Assembly (NCBI GenBank): GCA_905178155.1 | Contig: CAJINV010000002.1 | Coordinates: 496,376-560,375 of the forward strand | Direction of reading: 5' to 3' | Length of the DNA: 64,000 nucleotides | Source of the DNA: Amoebophrya sp. A120 | Lineage: Eukaryota > Protista > Dinoflagellata | Shown: positions 1-10,656 of the stretch, one piece after another | How positions within the stretch are numbered: position 1 is the first letter of the stretch | Layout of the letters: every line of letters begins with the position of its first letter | Translations under genes and position numbers: made by a program | Notes under the pieces: generated by a model | What the model was told of the DNA's origin: nothing | The model's database searches: none | What the model saw: only the letters and a program-made list of their open reading frames with translations

Positions 1-94
1 ACGACAGGTGTTGTCATCAGCTCCCGCACGATGAACGACATCGCCCCACCGGAAAACTCGTCCCGTAACAGCACTTTTGCTGCGGCTGCATGGA

Positions 95-356
95 TATCAC
101 ATGCAAATATATCTGGGTCTGGAACTTTGCTAGACTTGTCATGAAGGTTTTCCATGGCCCATATGATCTGTAATGGAGGACCTAGCATGACAGATTCTGC
201 GCGATCTCTCTCATCCCTATCCTGCATGAGAAACTCCCTCCCGACTTGGTCAAAACTGGACGACTTTTGGTAATCATACAACACAGATTTTTGCATGCTT
301 CAGATTTAGCATGACAGGTTGCATTCTTCCAGATCCAGACATTTTTACATTTGATA
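95..356. mobile_element. Introner family A
   Basis: TIR of the tatcaaatgtaaaaatgtctgggtctggaag type; DR atgga. Confidence 0.9.
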
Positions 357-585
357 ATGGAAACTTTCCCCCGCGTAGCGGTTCAGGTTGCGCTCGCAGT
401 GGCTGTCCGGCTGGTAGCAGAGCGCCTTTTTCACGCTCTGGAGACCGGCTTGGAGATCAAATGGAAAAAAGGTGTTTACATTTTCATTTACGCTGCACTG
501 ATTTTTCGTTCGTCAATTTGAATTCAGCAAGACAAATTCCTCTACATGAGAGAGTTGCGAGAAAACTTGTAATGCAGAAATCCTG

Positions 586-3500
586 TTACGGGAAAACACG
601 TACTAAAACCAGGCTCCTAGGCATATCCGGCATGGAACGGCTTACGTGACTTGTTTGGCCTGCAACACAATGTGTAAAAAAATGTATAAACACATTTTTC
701 TTGCGATACTGCAGCTTTCGCATTTTCGTGGAGTCAGGGAGAATTTCGGTTTGGAGGTACTGGACCAGGTCGAAGGGGGATGCGTTTCTGTTTTGCGACG
801 ATCCTTGGTTTTGGAGATTGAGCTCCTCATTCAGAAATCGTTTTTCCGGAATGCGGATTAGAATTTCGTCGTCCCAATCCCACGACGTCCAGGAAGTGGC
901 GGCCGGCGAAGATGATGCTGATGCTGTCATCGGTATTTTATTTTCAGATGGGGGACGACCTTCATGGTCATCTTTATCCTCGAGGTGTTGAGCCACGTGC
1001 GGAACAAAATCGGGAGCCGTCCTAACGGTATTCGAGCTCCTGCCAAATCTGCTGTTGAACGGCAGCCCAAGCTTATGGAGAGAAAAAAGTTCGCGTTCGC
1101 CACAGTCACGACTAATTTGGAGGCTTTGCGTCACGATTATACAAATTTTTTAGCATCACAGCTTTTTCTTGTATTGCAGAAAAACTAAGGGAAATCCCGT
1201 ATGAAGTTTGGCTGTGATGCATTTTTACGCATGACAGGCATTTTTTGTATTGCAGAAATGTTGCCCATGAGTGATCGTGACGAACTTTTTTCTTTTGATA
1301 AAGCTCGTCGTCAATTAAGACTGGGATGCAGTCGGATGAGACCAAAACGGAGAACAACCTGCGCGTGCTTCTCGCGTATCAATTGCAAAAATGTCTGCGT
1401 CTGGAGGAATGCAGGTCTGTCGCGCTTGTCTACTCACATGAGAGTGGAATCTGTAATGAGTGAGCAGGGAAAGCCCTCTTGCCTGTCATGCGAAAGTGCA
1501 GTTTAATATGTTTACCATGCGGAAAGCGAAAGACAAAGGAACCCAGAAACTTGTTATGCGTGGCTGCGTATTCTTGGGGTAAGTCCACAAGCCACAAACT
1601 AGCATCACAAGTTTCCAGACCCAGATCGATATAATTTGCAATGCATATCGCATCGCCGGGAACGATTGCACAGAAGACGGATTTCTGGCATCGAAAGGAA
1701 AAATGCCCCCTCCCCATATCAAAACGGAATTTCTGATGCTGGATTTGTGTACACAGATCAGCTTTGTACTGCAGGAAGGCATTGCGGCCAGATCCCCAGG
1801 CTAGGTAGGGGCGCATGGGTCTAGTTGTTCAGCATTGCAAACGGCTCCCCTTTAGGCCCAACAGCGTGACAAATCGCTTCCATAATGGGACGGAAGCTTC
1901 TGCCCTTCTCTTCTTGCGAGACAAATGTGATTTGTGACCTCAAATCAGCAACACAAATTTTCGGAAACATACCTTTCAATATGGGGAGGGGGAGTTTTTC
2001 CTTTCGATAACTGGTACAGGTTCTTCATCGCGTCGATCGCGCTTGTCCCAAAACTATCCTGTGCAAAAGTATCGTACTCGTACTAATTGCAAATATGAAT
2101 GACAAATATTTTTCTTACGGAAAAACAGCATTACAAATTCCACTTTCCTTCTTGCCAAAATTTGTCATGCAATTCACACGTAGTACGATACCTTTGCAAT
2201 GCATAAAAATGCTTGTAACCATGCTCCAGGTCCAGCCACTTGGACGGGAGTTGTGAGAGTTCTTGCAAAGAAGCAGCTGATGCTGACGATGATGATGAAG
2301 TTGTTGTACTCCTTTGAGTATCAAATGTAAAAATGTCTGGAAGATTGCCAGGTTTGTCATGCATATTTTGCATGACCCGTGATGTCTGTGATGTATGACC
2401 CAGCATCACAAATTTTTGCGGGCATCTTGATGCCTATCCCGCATGAGAAATCCCCTCTCCGCGGAGCAAAAACTGGACGCCTCTCGCTGCTCATGCAATA
2501 CAGATTTTTTTAGATTCCAAAAATAGCATCAGAAGTTGCATTCTTCGAGACCCAGACATTTTTGCAATCCATATTGAGTACTTCTAGAGGAGCCAACATC
2601 TTCTTGCCCTTCCGTCGTGGGGGCCAAGTCCAAAGTGTCGAGCAGGTCCATGTGACCGCCACCACCCGAATCCACTTCACCAACACGAAGGGCGCTTTCA
2701 GTTCTTTCCCCATCAACGTCTTCGTGCTTCGCAATGGTCGCGCGCAGCTTCTGCCGAATTTCCGGCGATCTCATATGGCGCTCTCAACTGTTACATTCTC
2801 AACTGTTAGATGAATTTGTGATGCAGGAATGGCAAAAGTGAAAGGGCTGACCTTGCGCGTCTTGCATGACAGATCTGGCACAGATTCCAGGCTGTTTGGC
2901 TCTTCGAGAATTTGTCATGCGAAGCAGTTTGATCATGTCGATTTTGATTGTGCTTTTGCATTACAAATCATGTAACAGTTGAGAATGTAACATTTGAGAA
3001 CGCCATATCTCAGGTTGCCACACCGTTCCTTGGCCAGATGGCAGCCGGTCAGCTTCATGGAACCAGCGAAGCTGAGCAGGTACTGCTTCTTCATCTTATT
3101 TCGGAGGGAACTAGGAGCAATTTTGCCGAAAAGAAGATGCGAACGACTACCGCCCGTCGGCCCCGCCTCACTCTCACTCCACCACGCCGTGGCGTTCACA
3201 AAGCTGGGGATGATGATGGACCGCCGCGTGCGGTAAAGCCGCTCGTGGTAATGTGCCGTTCGGTCTTCCATGGTGAGCAGGATTCCCGACTGCACGATGT
3301 CCGGAATGGTCATGGCATACGGGTGCTCGGGCGAGAAAAGCCACTCCTGTCCGCTCGGCGGCGCAATGGCCGAAAAATCCACGACGCGCTCGGCGTACCA
3401 GACATGCTTGGGCAGCAAGTCGTGCGCCGTATCGCGTCGGGTTCTGGTTTCGATGGAAGCAATATGAAGTTGCACAACTCCCCCTCCCCTTCATTTGTAT

Positions 3501-5119
3501 GGTATGAGCAAGAGCAGCAACTACACAGACGCCAGCTTCAAATTCAATGGAGCCTGCGCATGACAAGTCCACACACAATTTGTTGTGCTGTTTGTGGTTC
3601 TAAAATTTGTCATCATGCAAACTGTGCTTACAGACAAGACGAGGATTTGGGTTTTTCCATCACAAATGAGGGGGAGGAGGAGTCGTGCACCCTCATAAGC
3701 AAGCTGCTCCCGGAAAAATTCCAGCGCGGCCTTGGCAAGGTCGCAGACAAACCAGGTATCCTGTGCAAATCGCACTCGTACTCGTAGTAATCGCGTTTAT
3801 GCATTACAAACCTCTTTTTCAAGGTAAATCAGCATTACAGATTCAATTTGTAATGCTGGGCTAATTTGTCATGCAATGTATACTAGTACGATGCTTTTGC
3901 ATTGCATACCACGAGCTCGCGGGCAGCTGCGCCGGGTCCAGGTCAAGTGTAAAAAAGGAAGACAACTTTCGATGCTGGGCAGTAATTTCCTGCCCGGAAA
4001 GAAGATGATTTTCATTTTCCTCTCCCCCAGCTAGTACTAGTTCATCTGCTTTAGTATTCCCGCTGTCTATCCTCTTGGACAGCAAACACAGCGCCTCGGG
4101 CCAGAGGGGAAAAAAAAAAAGGTCAGCTGTTCCCGGATTGTTGGTGATGCGTTTTTTTCGCGCAAACTCCGCCACCAACCCATAGTTTTTGTCGAAGATG
4201 CATCAAAGTGAAAAAGAAAAAAGCCCCCACCACATATCCAAATAAAGACAATTTGTGTTGCTGGATTTGTGTACACAAATGAAGCCTGTATTGCAGCAAG
4301 AGCTTGTCGGCATGTTCCAACCCTATTTGGGTACGCATCCGGCTAGCAGCTGAGTATGAGAAACAAGTCTGCCAGAGGCGAAAACGCATGACAGCCTCGC
4401 TGTGCAATGCGCCACATGGATGTCGCTTGCCTTGTACGCAAGACAAGGCTGACCTTTGGTCACAAATCAGCATCACAAATTTTCTTTTCGATATGGGGAG
4501 GGGCGATTTTTTCTTACAATAAGATGCTCCGACCGGGGAATTCCGTATCCGGGGGGAGGACTTCGCTGGGGTTGGCTATCAGGGCCTTGTACTGCGCTAC
4601 AACGGTTTCTAGTTTTTCCTCGGTCCTCCTCTCGCTCTGGCTCCTTCTTTTCCGGCTGTTGTCGTGATTTTTTTGCTTTTGCTTGATGTTCTTCTTCTTG
4701 TTCTGCTCCACGTCGTTCTTCTTGGGGTCCACCATCAAAGTACTTCTAGCAACAAGTTTCTCGAAAAATGGTTCCACATCATACACATACAGGGTCGTGT
4801 GCGGAAGGAAAAGCAGCTCTGTGCCGGCTTGGGGTTCACCTTCGCCTTCTTCTTCTCCACCTGTGACCAATCTCTGCCGGATTTTTGGGATTACTTCCGC
4901 GTAGGTAGAAGGTTGTACTACCAGCGGAGCAACATTCGACTGTGAAGTAGATGAGGATGGGGCAGCAGGAGCCGAACTTGATGTCCTCTTGGAGGTAGAC
5001 ACTGCGCTGACGAAATTGTCCACTGCTCTGGCGAGCAGAGGATTTAACAGCAGGAGGAGGAGCGGGCCTGGACATAACAGTCCACGACTTCGTGAGAAGA
5101 ACAAGAAATACCCCAGCAT
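586..5119 (-). CDS. Exostosin-family (GT47) glycosyltransferase, multi-exon; 3' end uncertain and may continue toward the window start
   Basis: After removing introners the exons give GT47 motifs in order: hydrophobic N-terminus, LYVYDV, NPGTADLFFFP, IIIPS, LLSFAGS, KSVFCAIVPGDARSTRRLFSVLVSSDCIPVLIDD, LPF. Confidence 0.8.
1377..1647. mobile_element. Introner, A-related
   Basis: A-type TIR; DR tcgcg/tcgca; frame restored. Confidence 0.85.
1689..2009. mobile_element. Introner family B
   Basis: TIR atcgaaaggaaaaa..ccccctccccatat; DR tctgg/actgg. Confidence 0.9.
2055..2205. mobile_element. Introner family C
   Basis: TIR tat....tgcaaaagtatcgtact; DR aaaac/aaaat. Confidence 0.9.
2319..2573. mobile_element. 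Introner family A
   Basis: A-type TIR; DR ttgag. Confidence 0.9.
2774..3007. mobile_element. Introner family D
   Basis: TIR tatggcg.tctcaa.tgttacattctcaactgtt; DR tctca. Confidence 0.9.
3463..3697. mobile_element. Introner family E
   Basis: TIR tatga...tgcac.actcc.cctcccc.tcatttg; DR agcaa. Confidence 0.9.
3757..3908. mobile_element. Introner family C
   Basis: C-type TIR; DR ccagg/ccacg. Confidence 0.85.
4201..4521. mobile_element. Introner family B
   Basis: B-type TIR; DR agatg. Confidence 0.85.
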
Positions 5120-5605
5120 GATCCAGCGCTGTTCTTTTTTGCTTTTGCTGCTGAATATTGAATCAAAACGCTTGCTGACTTCTCTCGAGGATCACAGTCG
5201 GACGAACAAGAAAGCTACTTTTATTACTCGCTACAAGAAAGACACAGCAGAGCAGAAGACGGAGACCTACGAACACCGTTTTCGAATAATGCCGAAGAAC
5301 TTTATTTGTTCCGCGTAATTGATGCACCCAAGGCAAATTTTTCGCGGGGTTCGTTCAAAAGCAAAATTGTACCGCATAATTGATGGACCCTAAGCCAATT
5401 GTTCGAGCACAGGCAAAGTGCCCTTTCATCTGCAGCTCATCAGAAATGAAGTAGATGTTTAAACAAAAGCAAACCTCCACCTACTTACCTTTGCTGCTCG
5501 CAGCTCGGTGAAAAAAATAATTTCACATATATTTCATCGGTTGTACTAGATGTTTGACTGGAAAAAAATGTGACCAAGAAACGTTTATTCACTTCGTGTT
5601 GTACT

Positions 5606-8600
5606 TCAGCGATTTGTGTGAACTGCAAAAGTAATGTACTAGTATGAATTGCATTACAAATCGGCTCAGCATTACAAATCAAATTTGTAATGCTGATTTC
5701 CCTGAACACCTAGATTTGTAATGCATAACTGCAAGTAGTACGGGTACGATACTTTTGCGCAGGATAATTCGAAGATATTTTCGCGTCTTCCATGGTCTTC
5801 ACATACGCTGCCATGTCTGCTTATGGCAATCTCAACTGTTACATTCTCAACTGTTACACGGATTTGTCATGCAAAATTGCCAGCAGCCTCCCGTTGACCA
5901 AGCTGCTGAGCACGACAGATTCTCGAAGCAGGGCTACCCAGCATGAAGATAATCTGTAATGCAAAACGCGCAATCTACTTCCCACTTTCATTTTTGCTGC
6001 TCTTGCATCACAGATTCGTGTAACTACAGTTGAGAGTGTCACGTTTATTGAGAACGCCATACTGCTTCATTTGCTTGGATGCCGGGAATCGTCGCTGCCA
6101 CGCTGTTATCCTGTGCAAAAGTACCGTACTCGTAGTACTTGCAGGTATGCATTACAAATCTAGCTGTTAAGGTAAATCAGAATTACAAATTTAAGTGTGA
6201 AATGCGGAGCTAATTTGTATTGCGATTTATACGTAGTACGATACTTTTACACAGGATAGCTGTCCGCCTGCTCGCTCATCAGCCCGCTGCGCTTCTGCAG
6301 GTTCGCCGCCTGGTGCATGAGCCCGCGCTATCAAAGTGAAAAATCCCCCCTCCCCACATCGAAAAGGTATGTTTCTGAAAATTTGCGTTGCTGATTTGAG
6401 GTCACAAATCACGTCTGTCTTGCAAGAAGACAGGCGCAGAGGCTTCCGCACCATTATGGAAACGGTTTGGCATGCTGCTGCGCCTAGGGGGCACCCGTTT
6501 GCAATGCTAAGCAACTAGACCTATACGCCCCTACCTAGGCCGAGGATCTGGCTGCGATGCCTTACTGCAAGACAAATCCGATTTGTGTACCCAAATCCTG
6601 CATCACAGATTTCCATTTCGATATGGGGAGGGGGGATTTTTCCTTTTGATACGCGCGCGTACGCCATGATCTCATGCGCCTTCTTGGTCAACCCGCGGTT
6701 TTGCATCTGGATCGCGTATATCAAGTGTAAAAATGTCTGGGTCTGGAAGATTGCCAGTTTGTCATGCTCATTTTGCATGACTCCTCAAGTCTGTGATGCA
6801 TGCCCTAGCATCACAGATTTTGCGAGGGCTTCCTGATGCCTATACCGCATGACAAATGCTCTTCCCGTGCTGCAAAATTTGGACTCTCTTTGCTGCTCAT
6901 GCAATACAGATTTTTTTAGAATCCAAAATCAGCATGACAAGTTGGATTCTTCCAGACCCAGACATTTTTACAGTTGATAGCGTACTGCGCATACCATTCG
7001 GACTCGCCCTTCATTTTCTTCATCCGCTCTACCAGCCTCTCCGCTTGTTGCCTTTTCGCCTGCTCCAGCCGTTGCGCATGGAGGATCGCGAGGTGGTAGG
7101 GGGTATGCATTGCAAATTTGCCTGGGTCGGGAAAGTCGGCTTTACATTCCTGTGACATCTGTACTGAGCCATGACCAACAAAATAAGTGGCAGCGGCAGC
7201 CTCACATGTCATACAGAAACGCAGTTTCCAAAAATGCGGAGTTCGTATCAGAATAAAGCGCGCTGCAAACTTGTCATGCGTTCGTGCAGTGAGTCTTTTC
7301 AACATACGCATATTAGCATCACAAATTTCATCCCGACCCAGACAAATTATACATTTGATAGGGGGTGATGGCGTTCGCGATCTGCTTCTTCGTGTTCAGC
7401 GCAACGTCGTTGTCGGTCTTGGCCGCCTATGCATTGCAAAAGTATCGTACTCGTACTAATTGCATTTATGCATGGCAAGTTTCTTTGTTAATAGGTTGAA
7501 TCCGCATTACAAATTTCGTTTCTCAACATGCTCCTGAGAAAATTTGTCACGCGATTTATAGTACTAGTACGATGCTTTTGCTGTGCATACTTCCGCTTTT
7601 GGTATGTACTTCGGAAGGTCCTCGCTGTCCACCTGCGCCATGACATTCTGTACCGCGCCCGCCACCGCCTTGGACACTAGTCCGCTCGCCGACGCGAGCA
7701 CCGTCAAGGCTTCGTCTTTCGCTTTTTCCGTCTGAATATGAATTGCAAAAGCATCGTACTAGTATGAATATCAGCATTACAAACCAAATTTGTAATTCTG
7801 AATTACCTATAACAACCTAGATTTGTAATGCATAACGGCAATTGGTACGAGTACGATATTTTTGCAATGCATACTGAAACAGCGCTTTCTTCGACTCAAA
7901 GAAATTCCGTTATGCATTGCAAAAGCATCGTACACCATCGTACTAGTATAAATTGCATTACAAGTTCTTGACTTAGCATCACAAATTGAATTTGTAATGC
8001 GGCTGTGCCTCAAGCAAAAGATTTGTAATGCATAAATGCAACCAGTACGAGTACGAAGCTTTTGCACTGCATATCCGTTCCGCTTCGACCACGGTGCCCC
8101 GAGCGCGCTCAAACTCCGTCTTTGCCCCGCTGCCGGTGATATCAAATGTAAAAATGTCTGGGTCTGGAAGATTCTGAGACTTGTCATGCATGTTTTGCAT
8201 TGGCCATGATGTCTGTGATGCATGCCCTAGCATCACAGATTTTGTGAGGGCTTTGCGATGCGTACTCCGCATGACAAATGCCCTCTCCGCGTAGCAAAAA
8301 TTGCATTCCCTTTGCTGCTCATGCAATACAGATTTTTTTGGAATGCAAATTCAGCATCACAAGTTGCATTCTTCCAGACCCAGACACTTTTACATTTGAT
8401 AGGTGACAAAATTTTCCTCCGCCTCCGTGGTGGTTTTCAGGAGCTCTTTATGAACTGCAAAAGTATGGTATCGTACTTGTATAAATGCATTACAAATTTC
8501 CTCAGCATGAAAAATAAAAATTTGTAATGCGGATTTTCCTTCAGATAAAGACTTGTCATGCATGATTGCAATACGGGTGCGATACTTTTGCACAGGATAC

Positions 8601-9101
8601 TCTTTCTCCTCGTCGGTTGCGGTAGCGGCGGCCGCCGCCTTTTATGGGGTGTTCAAACAATACATTCTCAACTGTTACATGATTTGTCATGCAAAATCAA
8701 CATCAACATCAACACGAACACGGCGAAGCGACTTCACATGACGAATTCCCGAAGGGCTAAACAGCACTTTAAATCTGTTCGGAATTTCTAATGCCAGAGG
8801 TGCAACCCTCCCCCTTTGACTTTTGCTACTCTTGCATTACAAACTCATGCAACAATTGAGAGTGTACTAACGTTTGAGAGTCCCATACCTTTTCTTCCTC
8901 GGTTTTGATCTCTTGTTTCATGGTTTGCACCGTCTCCTCCGCGGCGGTAGGGGGAACGCGGAGAAGTTCTTGGACTTTCAATGCATCGACCACGCCAGGA
9001 ACGGAGTTCGACGTGAAAATCGGTGCAAGAAGCAAAGACGGCAGAAGCAACGCGGTCAAAGGCGGTTTCATTTTCAGACGACTCAAATGTTGCGTTTTCA
9101 T
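5606..9101 (-). CDS. Putative secreted coiled-coil protein of unknown function, 13 exons and 12 introner introns
   Basis: Manual splicing of all 12 elements plus one DR each gives a continuous frame: MKPPLTALLLPSLLLA...EEEKAAAATATDEEKELLKTT...YVKTMEDAKISSNR*. The N-terminus is signal-peptide-like. Start at 9101 or 9071. Confidence 0.75.
5617..5766. mobile_element. Introner family C
   Basis: C-type TIR (left end tgtg); DR atttg/attcg. Confidence 0.8.
5822..6061. mobile_element. Introner family D
   Basis: D-type TIR; DR ctgct. Confidence 0.9.
6107..6258. mobile_element. Introner family C
   Basis: C-type TIR; DR gctgt. Confidence 0.9.
6329..6651. mobile_element. Introner family B
   Basis: B-type TIR; DR cgcgc; opposite orientation to the 1689 copy. 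Confidence 0.9.
6719..6979. mobile_element. Introner family A
   Basis: A-type TIR; DR gcgta. Confidence 0.9.
7104..7360. mobile_element. Introner, A-related
   Basis: TIR core tttg.ctgggtcggga; DR ggggg. Confidence 0.85.
7428..7589. mobile_element. Introner family C
   Basis: C-type TIR; degenerate DR ccgcc/cttcc; a GT-AG register is available. Confidence 0.85.
7737..7873. mobile_element. Introner family C
   Basis: C-type TIR; DR ctgaa. Confidence 0.9.
7911..8073. mobile_element. Introner family C
   Basis: C-type TIR; DR tccgt. Confidence 0.9.
8140..8401. mobile_element. Introner family A
   Basis: A-type TIR; DR ggtga. Confidence 0.9.
8449..8599. mobile_element. Introner family C
   Basis: C-type TIR; DR ctctt. 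Confidence 0.9.
8643..8887. mobile_element. Introner family D
   Basis: D-type TIR (diverged); DR ccttt. Confidence 0.85.
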
Positions 9102-9172
9102 TTTTCTACGACCAGACTGTAGTAGATTGTTTAGATGGATTAGATTTAGACCACGACGACCACGGACTTTTA

Positions 9173-9735
9173 ATCATCATCATCATCATCTTGCTAGCAT
9201 AGGGGAGGGCTGCTAGGGGTTATTGGGACGTGTCCTCGTTATCGTTTAAACACAGCACTCGAAATGTGGGTAGTGCAGAGTGCTGTGGTGGTGGTCGAGA
9301 TCGAAGAGCACACTATCATTTCTCATCGAATCGTCGCCACTCAATCGACTTCAAGATCGGCGCACTCCGGAATAGGATCGAGACCAGCCGCAAGATCGAG
9401 CTTCTTAGAGTTAGCGCACTTCCGCTCGTGCGTTTTTATACGACTCGCAGCGCCGACTTTCTTCTGGTAGGATCTGGGCCAATCGATGACGTGGACCTTG
9501 CAGCCCGGGCAGGTAAGTTGTCTGGCATTCCACTTGCCGGCCCCGTCGGCAAGAAATCGCCGAGGCGGCAGCACAACTCGCGCGGACTGCTTGAACGTCG
9601 GCGGAATAATTGACTGTCCCGACTTTCCGTAGATATACTCCTCGACGGGAGTGCAAACATCATCCTGCACTTTCACGATCCGCACAAACTCGTCCTGCTG
9701 GTGTAGTCGTAAATGCGCACGGAGCGCCCGTCTAA
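9173..9735 (-). mobile_element. 5'-truncated non-LTR retrotransposon fragment (C-terminal CCHC region, 3' UTR and tail)
   Basis: ORF 9341-9685 has IIP...LTCPGC...SRIKTHERKC, paralleling IIP...LRCRKC...SRMVAHEAAC at the end of the 3823-aa LINE ORF. It is followed by a 10-bp stem (9251-9260/9278-9287) and a (GAT)6 tail at 9173-9190. The 5' limit is approximate. Confidence 0.6.
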
Positions 9736-10656
9736 ACCCTTAATAAATTAATGTCCAACAGGAACAGTGAGCAGTATAATAAAGCACTCCACTCAAAAAT
9801 GCTAGCTCAAGCAGAAAAGCATCAGTAACCCATTTCCAGGGTAGGTAAGACATCGGCCGCTTCGAAGATGAACACACGACATCTTCGACTTTTGCATGTG
9901 GTAAAATATTTCTCCGAAACTTTTTCGGGCCCTTTTATTCCGCCTTCTTAATCAGTACCGATGGTGCCGCCTCGTAAAAATCTTCAGTTGGAGTTCTTTA
10001 CGTACACTTGGATTTGAAGATGGTTCTTGTGGGGCTAGTTGTCATCACCTGCTCAAAAGGTCGTCCAAAATGTACTACAGCCAATCGTTCTGTACCTGTG
10101 TTGCTGTTTTTTCAACCCTTTATTCTTCCAATCCGTCGTTCAGGAACGTCTTCTTCTTGTTGGCAGTACATCAACCCTATTTCTCTTTTCTGTCGTGAGC
10201 AACATCTTCATTCTACTTCGGTTTCTTTTATATTTGTGTTGCCCTTTCCTATTTCTACGAGCATGTCTATGTTGCCCCCAGAAAGCGTAAGTGCACATAG
10301 ACCTAGAAGTGGTACTCATCTTCCGATACTAGTGTAGTTGTTATACCAAAATACCAACGAAGAGAATTCGTTCTTGTCGTTTTGTATTCTATAATTTTCA
10401 CCCCGTAGAAGCCACCACGAGAGTAGTTCTGATATAATTAGATATTAGTACCGAGATCCTACAACAAATGAGTAAGCGAAACGGTTGATCATTAGTTGTA
10501 AAAAATTCGAGAAGTACATCAACTACTTTTGTATATAAACACGCAGGTCGTAGTTGAGGCCGCTTAGACTACTCGCAGGTCGTGGAGGTCGCTTTTTAAT
10601 AGACGTACAGTTACTTCACTTCTCTTTCAATCGCAATCCAGCCGGTACTTGCTCTC

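Noticed and set aside
1138-1300. Possible degenerate introner in the exostosin gene
   Set aside because: It has TAT..ATA ends and the motif, but the DR is poor and +5 removal gives a stop. The boundaries could not be fixed, so it is not listed as a feature; it may be an exception to the rule.
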